The notes beneath the pieces were generated by a model. That model saw only the letters and a list, made by a program, of their open reading frames with translations. It did not search any database and was not told the DNA's origin. A DNA stretch of 64,000 nt. Origin: an uncultured Acidobacteriota bacterium. GTDB lineage: Bacteria; Acidobacteriota; Vicinamibacteria; Fen-336. Shown here piece after piece: positions 24,997-34,403 of the stretch; the stretch's first letter is position 1; each line of letters starts with the position of its first letter. Made by a program: the position numbers and the translations under genes. The stretch spans positions 287,082 to 351,081 of the forward strand of contig CAVSPR010000002.1 of the NCBI GenBank assembly GCA_963729875.1. The letters are read 5' to 3'.

Positions 24997-27321
24997 CTAC
25001 CGCGCCCAGTCCATGTCGATCGTCACTCCGAACTGGAACGTCCGGGGGGCGAGCCACACCTGGAACTGGCCCTCGACCGGCGTGCCGTTGGCGTTGGCGA
25101 GGTAGATGTTGCTCTCGTCGAAGAGGTTGTCCACCTGGGCGTAGACGTTGAGCGCATACGCCCCGAGGCCCGCGAAGCGCTTGCTCAGCTGCGCGTACCA
25201 GATGTTGTAGGCCGGCTGGTAGGTCCCGTCCAGGCCCGGCGGCACCTTGCCGTTGAACTGGCCGCGGAGGTTGGCGCGCAGGCCGTATCTGGGGTTCGCC
25301 CAGAGAAGCTTCAGGAAGCCGGAGTGGGTCGGGTAGCCCCCGATCTCCGCGCCCTCCGGGTCCACGCGCTTGTTGTACGCGTAGGCCACCGAGGGCGTGA
25401 AGCCCCAGGGCAGGCTCACCGAGGTGGCGACGTTGACGCCCTTCGAGGTGTAGCGGTCGACGTTGCGGTAGGTGAAGCTGCTGGGGGTGAGCTGGAAGAA
25501 GATGATGCCGTTCTTCAGCTTCGTGTAGTAGCCGTCCACCGAGACCTGGGCCCGGCCGCTGGCGTAGGCGTAGCCGGCGGTGAAGCCGTCCGAGATCTCG
25601 GGCTGGAGGTCGGGGTTCCCGACGAAGAACGGGGGCTGGTTGAGGTAGAGCTCGCCGAAGTAGGGCGGGCGGAAGCCGTGGCCGTAGCTGCCGCGCAGGC
25701 GGTGCTCCGGCGCCAGGGTGAAGACGGCGTCCGCCTTCGGGCTCCACTCGGAGCCGAAGTCGCTGTAGTCGTCGTAGCGCACCCCGGCGGTGACCCTGAG
25801 GCGGGACGTGACGTTGACCTCCTGCTGGCCCCAGAGGACGTTGATGCCCCGCGAGCACTCGGAGGAGGCGGGGGTCGTGGAGGTGGTGCTGCAGTTCTCC
25901 CCCGTCGCGTTCAGCGTGCCGCGCTGGAGCTTCTCGTCGCGGAACTCGTAGCCGCCCTGCAGCGGGTGCTCGCGGCCGAAGGCCGCCCAGTTGTGGCGGC
26001 CGGTCAGCTTCACCTCCTGGTTCCACTCCCTCCACGGCGCCTGGGGACAGTTCGGCCAGGTCGAGCACGGGAGGACCGTCGGCCGCGCGTTGGCATCGTA
26101 GACGCGCGTCTCGTCGCGCAGGTACTTGCCGTAGGTGTAGGTCGCGCTGAAGGTGGTGCGGGGCGACAGCAGGAAGTCGACCTCCGGGGACAGCGTGTAG
26201 CGGGTGAGGTCGCGCTGCGAGTCGTAGACGGTGGAGGCGAGCTGGGTGGCGCCGGAGAAGTAGTAGTTGCGCATCTCGCGGAGCTGGTAGTCGCCGAAGA
26301 AGCGGGCCACGACCTTGCCCCCGAGCCGGTAGTCGGCGGTGCCCGAGGCGTTCCAGTACGTGCTCGGCGGCTGGCCGATCGTCTGCGGGTTCTTCCGGCA
26401 CGCCCCGCTGGCGGCGCCCTCGTCCGAGCAGGCCTCGAGGTCGAAGCCGTCGTAGGTCCGGTAGCCGCCGGCGAGGCTCACCCCGCCCTTCTCCCCGCGC
26501 CACGAGAAGGCGTCGTCCACGCGGTAGTCGTCGTAGGTGCCGCCGCTCGCGGTGAGCGTGTTCGTGACCCCCCGGTCGCCGGGGGCGTCGGTGATGAAGT
26601 TGACGACGCCGCCGAGGGCATCCGACCCGTACAGGGCCGAGCCGGCGCCCTTCACCACCTCGATCCGCTGCACCCCGGGCAGGCGCAGCTCCTCGAGATT
26701 GAGGTTGCCGTTGGCGTCCTTGCCGAGGTAGCGCCGCCCGTTGACCAGCACGAGGACGCCCTTGTTGGGGATGCCGTTGATGGAGATGTAGCCCTGTCCG
26801 CCCCCGGCGTTGACCTGGATTCCGGAGCCGTTCTGCTCCACGAGGATGTCCTTCGCGGAGCGGGCGCCGGTGTCGTCGATCTGGGTCTTCTCGAGGAGCG
26901 TGACCGGCTCGGCCACGTCGAGGAGGAGCTGCTCGCGGCGGTTCGCCGTCTCGACGGTCACGGTCGTGCTCAGCTGGGCGACGCCCATGACGAGCTCGAG
27001 CGACTTCGCCTCGCCTTCCGCGAGGGCGAAGGACGGCGCAGCGGCGTCGGCGAAGCCGGGAAAGGTCGACCGGACCTCGTAGGTGCCGGCGGGCAGGGCG
27101 GTGAAGCGGGCGACGCCCTCGCCGTTCGTGACCGCGCGCTGGCTCGTGCCCGTCCCCGCGTTCGTGGCGCGGACCGCGGCGCGGGGGATGACCCCGAAGT
27201 TGTCGCGCACGGTCACGGTGAGAGAGGCGTCGGCGGCGGCCGCGGTCGCCGCGAGCGCGAGCACGAGTGCGAGCGCGGCGGCGGGGAGAGCGATGGACCC
27301 GGTGAGGCGGGCAGTCGGCAT
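24997..27321 (-). CDS. TonB-dependent receptor with N-terminal carboxypeptidase-regulatory-like domain
   Basis: ATG 27321 in ORF 24997..27399. Signal peptide MPTARLTGSIALPAAALALVLALAATAAAADA. CarboxypepD_reg-like part (VRATNAGTGTSQRAVTNGEGVARFTALPAGTYEV). Plug domain (SAKDILVEQNGSGIQVN, GGVVNFIT). Long beta-barrel with alternating aromatic residues. Confidence 0.9.
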   Translation of the reverse strand: MPTARLTGSIALPAAALALVLALAATAAAADASLTVTVRDNFGVIPRAAVRATNAGTGTSQRAVTNGEGVARFTALPAGTYEVRSTFPGFADAAAPSFALAEGEAKSLELVMGVAQLSTTVTVETANRREQLLLDVAEPVTLLEKTQIDDTGARSAKDILVEQNGSGIQVNAGGGQGYISINGIPNKGVLVLVNGRRYLGKDANGNLNLEELRLPGVQRIEVVKGAGSALYGSDALGGVVNFITDAPGDRGVTNTLTASGGTYDDYRVDDAFSWRGEKGGVSLAGGYRTYDGFDLEACSDEGAASGACRKNPQTIGQPPSTYWNASGTADYRLGGKVVARFFGDYQLREMRNYYFSGATQLASTVYDSQRDLTRYTLSPEVDFLLSPRTTFSATYTYGKYLRDETRVYDANARPTVLPCSTWPNCPQAPWREWNQEVKLTGRHNWAAFGREHPLQGGYEFRDEKLQRGTLNATGENCSTTSTTPASSECSRGINVLWGQQEVNVTSRLRVTAGVRYDDYSDFGSEWSPKADAVFTLAPEHRLRGSYGHGFRPPYFGELYLNQPPFFVGNPDLQPEISDGFTAGYAYASGRAQVSVDGYYTKLKNGIIFFQLTPSSFTYRNVDRYTSKGVNVATSVSLPWGFTPSVAYAYNKRVDPEGAEIGGYPTHSGFLKLLWANPRYGLRANLRGQFNGKVPPGLDGTYQPAYNIWYAQLSKRFAGLGAYALNVYAQVDNLFDESNIYLANANGTPVEGQFQVWLAPRTFQFGVTIDMDWAR

Positions 27322-27453
27322 GAGAACCTCGCTGGCGGAAAGGGCCCCCTGGAGAGGGGCGGGAGGTGCAGTGTCCGCACCGGCGCCGGTGGTTGTCAAG
27401 CCGGAAGCGACAGCCGGCCATCCAATTCCGTGGATCGAGGCGGGAGGTGGCGT

Positions 27454-29872
27454 TCAGCGCCCGCCGCGCCACGGCGCGGCGCGGTCCGGGCGGCCCCAGG
27501 CCTCGTAGAGCGCGGCGAGGCGCTGCCGGGTCTCGACCGTCCGCTCGTGGTCACGGCCTCGGGAGGACTCGAGGCCCGCGTGGGCGCGCAGGAGCAGGGC
27601 CTCGGCCTCGGGGTAGCGGCGCTCGGCGGTCAGGCAGGCGCCGAGCACGCTCTCCGAGGAGGCGATGAGCCAGTGGCCCGGCGGCAGGGCGCGACGCCGC
27701 AGCTCCAGGCTCTCCCGGACCAGGGGCTCGGCCTCGCGCGGCCGGCCGAGGTCCAGCAGGGCGAGGCCCATGATCTGCTGGACCGCGGCGACCATCGGGT
27801 GGGTGTCGGGGAGGGCGCGCCCCCGCAGGGCGAGCACCTGCCGGCACTCTCGGATGGCACCCTCGGCATCGCCCTTCGCCCGCAGCAGGCTCGCGAGGGC
27901 GTAGCGGGACCGCGTCGTGTCGGGGTGTTCGGCCCCCAGCAGGCGGAGCCGCATGTCGAGGCTCTGCCGGTACAGCCGCTCCGCCCCCGCGAGGTCGCCC
28001 CTCGACTCGACGACACCGCCGAGCGTGTTGAGGGCGGAGGCCACCTCCGGGTGCTCAGGACCGCGCACCGCGCGGATGATCTCGAGGGCCTCGCGGTGGA
28101 GAGGCTCCGCTCCCGCCCAGTCGCCTCGCTGGCCGAGGAGCACGCCGAGGTTGTTGAGCGTCACCGCGACCCCGGGCCCGCGGTCCCCCTCGAGGCGGCG
28201 CAGGAGGGCGAGCGTCTCGCGGTAGAGCGCCTCGGCCTCGTCGACGCGCCCGAGCAGCCGGAGGGTCCGCGCGAGGTCGCCCTTGACCTGCGCCGCGTCC
28301 GCGCCGTCCGGTCTCCCCGAGCCGCTGCAGCAGGGAGAGGGCCTGCCTCCCGAGCCGCTCGGCCTCGGCGAGGTCGCCCTCGTCCTCGGCCGCCACCGCG
28401 AGCCGGTCGAGCGCACGCGCCACCTCGACGCTCTCCTTCCCGTAGGCGGCCACGGTGGCGTCGAGGGCCGCCTGCAGCTTCTGGCGTGCCGGGGCCATGA
28501 GGCCGAGGCCCTGGTAGGTCGTGCCGAGGGTCGTGAGCACGGCGGCCTTGACGTCGAGCTGGCCCCCGAGCTCCTCCTCGACGCGGGACGAGGCGGCGTC
28601 GAGCACGGAGGCCACCGTCACGTCGCGCCCGGCGACGCGCGGGTCGGCCGACCCGAGCATGCCGACGACGAAGGCGTTCGTCCGCTCCGCCTTCTCCGCC
28701 GCCCGGCGCGCCCGGTCCCGCTCGGCCTCGGCCACGCGGGCCTGGCGGCGCACGGCCGCGAAGCCGATCGCCACCGCCAGCACCAGCGCCGCCGACAGGA
28801 CCGAGGCCACCGCGACCGCCGTCCGGTGCCGGCGCAGGAAGCGGCGTACGAGGTCGCGCGTCGAGTAGCGGTAGGCGCTCACGAGCTGCCCGGTCTGGAA
28901 CCGGCGCAGGTCCACCGCGAGCTCCATCGCGGTCGGGTAGCGGTCGGCCGGCGCCGGGGCCGTGGCCTTGCGCACGATGGCCACGAGGTCGGGCGGGGCC
29001 TCCGGCTCGCGTCGCTCCACGGGCTCGACGCTCCCGTTCGCCGCCGCGGCCAGAGCCTCCTCGGCCGTGCGCCCCGCGTGCGGGGGCGCGCCGGTCAGCA
29101 GGAAGTACAGCATGGCGCCGAGGGCGTACACGTCGGCCCGCTCGTCCACGGCGAGGCCGCGGGCCTGCTCGGGCGGCATGTAGTGCGGGGTGCCGAGGAC
29201 CGTGCCGGTCACCGTCTGGCCCTGGTCCGAGGTCGGGGCGGGGGGCCCCGTCTCCTCGTGCTCGTCCGCGCCGGCCGTGCCGAGCTCCCGGGCGAGGCCC
29301 CAGTCCACGACCACCGTCTCGCCGAAAGGGCCCACGAGGACGTTGGCCGGCTTGAGGTCGCGGTGGACCACGTGCTGGCTGTGGGCGTAGGCCACCGCCT
29401 CGGCCACCGCGATGAGGTGGGGCAGCAGCGCCAGGCGCCCGGCGAGGTCGGGCGCGTCGCGCAGCAGCGCCTCCAGGGAACGCCCCTCGACGAGCTTCAT
29501 GGCGTAGAACGGCCGCCCGTCCGGCCAGCGCCCGGCCTCGTACACGGGCACGATCGCCGGGTGTTGCAGCCGCGCGGTCACCAGCGCTTCGCGCACGAAG
29601 CGGGCCGGGGCGCCCGGGCCCGCGTCGGCGTGCAGCTCCTTGATGGCCACCGTTCGACGAAGACGGCGGTCGCGGGCGAGCAGGACGCGCCCCATGCCTC
29701 CGTGGGCGAACTCGCCCTCGAGCTGGTAGGCGGTCGGGCTCACCTCGGCCAGGGCGTCCGGGCCCGGCGCCGGCCCGCCCGGGCCCGTGGCGACCGTCGG
29801 CTCCAGCCTGTCGCCCGAGGCGATCGTCTCGATCTCCGCGTCCTTCCCGGGATCGCCGCCCACGGCCCCCAT
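27454..29872 (-). CDS. Ser/Thr protein kinase with TM helix and C-terminal TPR repeats; frame broken by 1-nt indel
   Basis: ORF 28055..29872 carries the Hanks kinase (GGMGRVLLARD, VAIKEL, HRDLKPANVL, DWGLA, GTPHYMPPE), a TM helix and the first TPRs. ORF 27454..28416 continues the TPRs in the neighbouring frame (...DAAQVKGDLARTLRLLGRVDEAEALYRETL...). The frames switch at about 28305..28320 (C4/G4 run 28315..28318). Confidence 0.85.
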
Positions 29873-29947
29873 CCTACGCCTGCGAGCTCAGCAGGGGAGC
29901 CCCCCTTGCTGTGATACCTTCTCACCGCCTCCGTATATCGACACGGC

Positions 29948-30490
29948 ATGGGTGGTGTGCGCATCCTCGAGTGGCTGGCCCCGGCCGTCCCCGACGAGGC
30001 GGTGGACTGGGACGCCGCTTACCGCGAGGAAATGCCCCGCGTCTTCAGCTACTTGCGCTACCGGGGCTTCGAGCGGGCGACGGCCGAGGACCTGACCTCG
30101 GCCACGTTCGAGAAGGCCTGGCGGGCGCGGGAGCGCTACCGGAAGGACCGGGCCGCCGTCTCGACCTGGCTCCTGGCGATCGCCCGCAACGTCGCGATCG
30201 ACCACCTCCGGCGCTCGCGTCGAGAGGTCCCGATCGAGGACGAGACCCTCCGCGACGAGGCGACCCCCGAGGCGGCGGCGCTGCGAAGCGCCGAGTTCGG
30301 GAGGCTCCGGGCGCTCGTCGGGGCGCTCCCGGAGCGCGAGCGCGAGATCCTCGCCCTCAAGTACGGGGCGGGCGCCACCAACCGTGCCATCGCGACGCTC
30401 ACCGGGCTCGGCGAGTCGAACGTGGGGACAATCCTGCACCGCACGATCGGCACGCTGCGCGCCCGGTGGGACGAAGGAGGAGCACAGTGA
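29948..30490 (+). CDS. ECF (sigma-70 family, group 4) RNA polymerase sigma factor
   Basis: 180 aa. Region 2 (VFSYLRYRGFERATAEDLTSATFEKAW, STWLLAIARNVAIDHLR) and region 4 (ILALKYGAGATNRAIATLTGLGESNVGTILHR). Confidence 0.92.
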   Translation: MGGVRILEWLAPAVPDEAVDWDAAYREEMPRVFSYLRYRGFERATAEDLTSATFEKAWRARERYRKDRAAVSTWLLAIARNVAIDHLRRSRREVPIEDETLRDEATPEAAALRSAEFGRLRALVGALPEREREILALKYGAGATNRAIATLTGLGESNVGTILHRTIGTLRARWDEGGAQ

Positions 30491-31524
30491 GCGACGACTT
30501 CCTGTCCCGTCTCCGCGAGGAGCCCCGCCCCGAGTTCGCCGGGCGGCTCGAGGACCGCCTTCACGAGATCGACGCGAGGGAGCGCGAGCGCCGCCTCGCG
30601 CCGGGCCCCTTCCGCCGCCTCGCCCCCGCGCTCGCGGGGGCCGGCCTCGTGGCCGCGGTGGCCCTCGCCTTCACCCTCGAGCCGGTGCGGGCGGCGGCGA
30701 TCGAGTTCCTCGACCTGTTCCGCGTGAAGCGCTTCGCCGCGGTACCGGTGGACCCCGAGCGGCTCGCTCGGCTGGCCCAGGGGGGCCTCGACCTCAAGAC
30801 GCTGGTCGCCGAGCAGGTGCAGGTCGTGGTGGCGCCGCAGCCCCCGCAGGTCGTGGACAGCCCCGAGGCCGGGGCGGTCGCGGCCGGCATCACGGCCCGG
30901 CTGCCCGGCGTCCTGCCGGAGCGCACTGGGCTCGCCGAGACCAAGCTCAGCCCGTCCGCCGCCTTCCGCGTCCAGGTGGACACGGGCAAGCTCGAGGCGC
31001 TCGCCCTCGCCGCGGGCGCCGACGAGATCGAGATCCCCGCCTTCTGGAACGGGGCGACGATCGACGTCGAGGTGCCGCCGGTGCTGGGCGTGCGCTACGC
31101 GCGCACGATCGAGGCGGTCGACGGGAGGCCCTCTCGCGAGGAGAGCTTCGTCCTCCTCCAGTCGGCGATCCCGCAGGTGGAGCTGCCCGAGGGCTTCGAC
31201 CTCGCGACGCTCGGGCGCCTCGGGCTGAGGCTCGCCGGCATGAGCGCGACCGAGGCCGAGAGCTTCTCCCGCGCGATCGACTGGCGCTCGACTCTCCTCG
31301 TGCCGGTGCCGGTCCAGGGCGGGACCTTCCGGGAGGTCGAGGTGTCCGGCCACCAGGGCCTCTTCGTGGTCTACCAGCCGCCGGCCCCCGCCGACCCGTC
31401 CGCTCGTCGCCCGCGCTCGCAGGGGCTCGTCCTGTGGTCGACGGACGACGCGGTGCTCGCGCTCCAGGGCCCGGCGTCCCGCGACGGCATCGAGCTGCTC
31501 GAGATGGCGCAGTCGGTCCGGTAG
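30487..31524 (+). CDS. putative membrane-anchored anti-sigma factor / DUF4367-like protein
   Basis: GTG 30487 (GTGA overlap with the sigma gene) in ORF 29911..31524. Short cytoplasmic N-terminus, one TM helix (LAPALAGAGLVAAVALAF) and a ~270-aa extracytoplasmic domain. The role is inferred from position only. Confidence 0.65.
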   Translation: MSDDFLSRLREEPRPEFAGRLEDRLHEIDARERERRLAPGPFRRLAPALAGAGLVAAVALAFTLEPVRAAAIEFLDLFRVKRFAAVPVDPERLARLAQGGLDLKTLVAEQVQVVVAPQPPQVVDSPEAGAVAAGITARLPGVLPERTGLAETKLSPSAAFRVQVDTGKLEALALAAGADEIEIPAFWNGATIDVEVPPVLGVRYARTIEAVDGRPSREESFVLLQSAIPQVELPEGFDLATLGRLGLRLAGMSATEAESFSRAIDWRSTLLVPVPVQGGTFREVEVSGHQGLFVVYQPPAPADPSARRPRSQGLVLWSTDDAVLALQGPASRDGIELLEMAQSVR

Positions 31525-31527
31525 GCC

Positions 31528-32427
31528 GTGGCCGAGCCCGCCCTCGAGGCCCGCGCGCTCCGCAAGGACTTCGGGGCGAAGACCGCGGTCCGGGACCTCA
31601 CCCTGTCCGTCCCGAGGGGTGAGGTCTTCGGCTTCCTCGGCCCGAACGGGGCGGGCAAGACGACGTCCATGAAGATGCTGCTCGGCCTCGTCCACCCGAC
31701 GGCGGGGGGAGGCCGCCTCCTCGGGGCTCCGATCGGCGCCCCGAAGGCCCGGGCCCGCGTCGGCTACCTGCCCGAGCACTTCGCCTTCCACGAGTGGCTC
31801 CGTGGCCGCGAGCTGCTGCGCTTCCACGGGCGCCTCCTCGGCCATGGCGGCCCTGCGCTCGAGGCGGAGATCGAGAGCCTGCTCCGCCGCGTCGAGCTCG
31901 TCGAGGCCGGCGATCGCTGCCTCCGCGAGTACAGCAAGGGCATGAAGCAGCGGATCGGCCTCGCCCAGGCCCTCCTCGGCGAGCCCGAGCTCGTCTTCCT
32001 CGACGAGCCCACCTCGGGCCTCGACCCGCTCGGCCGCCTCCTCGTCCGCGACGTGATCCGCGAGCTCAAGGCCCGCGGCACGACCGTGTTCCTGAACTCC
32101 CACCTCCTGAGCGAGGTCGAGGTCACCTGCGACCGGGTCGCCTTCGTGAAGGACGGGCGGGTCGTACGCGAGATGACGCTGGGCGCGTCCGAGCGAGACC
32201 TCGAGGTCGAGCTCCGCCTCGACCGCGTCTCGCCGGCGATCCTCGAGGGCCTCGGCCGCTTCGGCGGCGACGTGCGGGAGGACGGCCCGCTCGTGCGCCT
32301 GCGCGTCGCCGGGGAGGCGCAGCTGCCGGAGCTGAGCCGGTGGCTGGCCGCCCAGGGCGTCGGGCTCTACCGCCTGGCGGCCCGGCGTCGCTCGCTGGAG
32401 GACGTGTTCCTCGAGGTGGTGCGATGA
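31528..32427 (+). CDS. ABC transporter ATP-binding protein (ABC-2 type)
   Basis: 299 aa. Walker A GPNGAGKTT, signature YSKGMKQRIGLAQAL, Walker B LVFLDEPTSGLD. Confidence 0.93.
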   Translation: MAEPALEARALRKDFGAKTAVRDLTLSVPRGEVFGFLGPNGAGKTTSMKMLLGLVHPTAGGGRLLGAPIGAPKARARVGYLPEHFAFHEWLRGRELLRFHGRLLGHGGPALEAEIESLLRRVELVEAGDRCLREYSKGMKQRIGLAQALLGEPELVFLDEPTSGLDPLGRLLVRDVIRELKARGTTVFLNSHLLSEVEVTCDRVAFVKDGRVVREMTLGASERDLEVELRLDRVSPAILEGLGRFGGDVREDGPLVRLRVAGEAQLPELSRWLAAQGVGLYRLAARRRSLEDVFLEVVR

Positions 32428-33257
32428 GGGCCGCGCTCACGATCGCCCACCTGACTCTGGCCGAGGCGCGCCGCCGGCGCCTCCTCGCCGCCGCGCTCGT
32501 CCTCGGGGCGGCCTTCGTCCTCCTCTTCGGTGTCGGCTTCCACTTCATCGTCCGCGACATACGGGAGCACGGCGCCTCGCCGGCCCAGCAGCGCTTCGTG
32601 CTGAGCTTCATCGTGATGGCCGCTCTCTACGCCGCGAACTTCCTCATCGTGATGACGTCGGTCCTCGTCACGATCGACACCCTGGCGGGGGAGATCGGCT
32701 CGGGAGTGATCGAGGCGCTGTGCACGAAGCCGGTCCCCCGCTGGGCGGTGGTCCTCGGCAAGTGGCTCGGCTGCTGGGCGATCCTGGCGATGTACGCGAC
32801 GCTCCTGTGCGGGGGCGTCCTCCTCGTGGCCCGGCTCGTGGGCGGCTACACGCCCCCGAACGCCGCGCTCGGCCTGCCGCTCCTTCTCCTGGAGGGGACG
32901 GTCCTGCTGACCCTCGCCCTCGCCGGGGGCACGCGCCTGTCGACCCTGGCGAACGGCGTGACCGTGTTCGGCCTGTACGGCCTCGCCTTCGTCGGCGGCT
33001 GGATGGAGCAGGTCGGCACGCTCGCGAGCAACCCGACCGCGCGCTACATCGGGATCGGGGCGAGCCTCCTCGTGCCGAGCGAGTCGCTGTGGCAGCTGGC
33101 CGCGCACACCATGCAGCCGCCGATCGTGCGCAACCTCGGCATCGGGCCCTTCTCGCCCGTCTCGGTGCCCAGCCCGGCCATGGTGGCGTGGGCCGCCGGC
33201 TACGTGCTCGTCACCCTCGCCGTGGCCCTGCGCCTCTTCCGCACCCGGGACCTCTAG
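32424..33257 (+). CDS. ABC-2 family transporter permease
   Basis: ATG 32424 (ATGA overlap) in ORF 31794..33257. 277 aa with about 6 TM segments. Confidence 0.8.
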   Translation: MRAALTIAHLTLAEARRRRLLAAALVLGAAFVLLFGVGFHFIVRDIREHGASPAQQRFVLSFIVMAALYAANFLIVMTSVLVTIDTLAGEIGSGVIEALCTKPVPRWAVVLGKWLGCWAILAMYATLLCGGVLLVARLVGGYTPPNAALGLPLLLLEGTVLLTLALAGGTRLSTLANGVTVFGLYGLAFVGGWMEQVGTLASNPTARYIGIGASLLVPSESLWQLAAHTMQPPIVRNLGIGPFSPVSVPSPAMVAWAAGYVLVTLAVALRLFRTRDL

Positions 33258-33530
33258 GCTGCCCCGATAGCCCGACGGAGCCATTCCATTCACACGTGAG
33301 CTCAGGGCATCTTGTCTCCTGAGCACCTCGAACCTCTGCCCGGGCGTGATCTGGCTCACAGTCGCGCGGAGGGGGCAGGGATCAGTGATCACGAGCACCT
33401 TGCATCGAGCGCACCTATCGATAGTATTCGGGCTCTCGTTCTGTGCGGTGGGCCCGGGTGAGTCGCCACCGGGGTGCATTCGAGGTCCGGGACGCGTTCC
33501 CGAGGGCCTTTGACAAAAGGGGGCGTGGGA

Positions 33531-34403
33531 GTGTCCAAGCGCGACGGGGCATACGGCGTCTTCCTGACGCTCCTCTACGTCGCGGGGGCCGCCCTCGTGC
33601 TCGCCACCCTGGCCCAGGGCCTCGACTTCTACCGTACGCCGCTCCTCGAGCGGGCCCACCACCAGGGCTACTGGGAATGGAAGGCGGGCGGCTCGGTCGG
33701 CCACAAGCTGGGCGTCGCCGGCTCCTCGATGATGGTCCTCATGCTCCTCTACTCCGTCCGCAAGAGGGTGGGGGCGCTCCGGCGGCTCGGTCCGCTCAGC
33801 CGCTGGCTGGACGTGCACATCTTCCTCGGCGTCGTCGGCCCCCTCCTGGTCGTCCTCCACTCCAGCTTCAAGGTCCAGGGGCTCGTGGCGCTGAGCTTCT
33901 GGTCGATGGTCGTCGTGGCTTCGAGCGGGGTCCTCGGCCGCTACCTGTACCTCCAGATCCCCCGCACGCGCGCCGGCGAGGAGCAGACCTTCCTGGAGCT
34001 CGAAGCGGAGGACCGCGAGCTCTCCGAGCAGCTGCGGACCCGCTTCCGCCTCGACGAGGCCCAGGTCGCCCGGCTCGACGCCCTGGTCGATGTCCCGGTG
34101 CGCGCCGGCCTTCTCGCCGGGTTCATCCGGCTGGTCACGGACGACCTGCGCCTGCGGTCGGCCCTGCGCGGGTTCGCGAGGGACTGCCGGTCGGTTCCCC
34201 GGACCGTCTTCCGCGACTTCGAGCGGGTCGTGCGCCAGAAGGCCCAGGCGCACCGCCGCATCCTGCTCTGGGCCCGGGTGCACGAGCTATTCCACTACTG
34301 GCACGTGCTCCACAAGCCCTTCGCGCTGGTGATGTACCTGTTCATGATCGTGCACGTGGCGGTGGCGTTCGTCACCGGCTACGGCTGGGGGGGGCGGCCG
34401 TGA
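33531..34403 (+). CDS. integral membrane protein, predicted di-haem b-type cytochrome (two TM helices each with H-x13-H)
   Basis: ORF 33474..34403; GTG 33531 (or 33474). About 5 TM segments. HIFLGVVGPLLVVLH and HKPFALVMYLFMIVH each place two His 14 positions apart inside hydrophobic helices. GTGA overlap with the following cytochrome gene. Confidence 0.7.
   Translation: MSKRDGAYGVFLTLLYVAGAALVLATLAQGLDFYRTPLLERAHHQGYWEWKAGGSVGHKLGVAGSSMMVLMLLYSVRKRVGALRRLGPLSRWLDVHIFLGVVGPLLVVLHSSFKVQGLVALSFWSMVVVASSGVLGRYLYLQIPRTRAGEEQTFLELEAEDRELSEQLRTRFRLDEAQVARLDALVDVPVRAGLLAGFIRLVTDDLRLRSALRGFARDCRSVPRTVFRDFERVVRQKAQAHRRILLWARVHELFHYWHVLHKPFALVMYLFMIVHVAVAFVTGYGWGGRP

Noticed and set aside
24770-28500. 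900-aa (minus) and 1058-aa (plus) ORFs across the TonB-receptor and kinase region
   Set aside because: They are off-frame or antisense shadows of the TonB-dependent receptor (24997..27321) and the TPR region of the kinase, with Arg/Pro/Gly-rich products. The real genes have a signal peptide, plug, barrel and TPR signatures.
33510-33515. TTGACA hexamer (in the palindrome cctttgacaaaagg) as the -35 of the cytochrome cluster promoter
   Set aside because: A -10 at the proper spacing would fall on or beyond the only plausible start codon (GTG 33531), and no TA-rich hexamer is present there. It might still be a regulator-binding palindrome, but I cannot support a promoter call.
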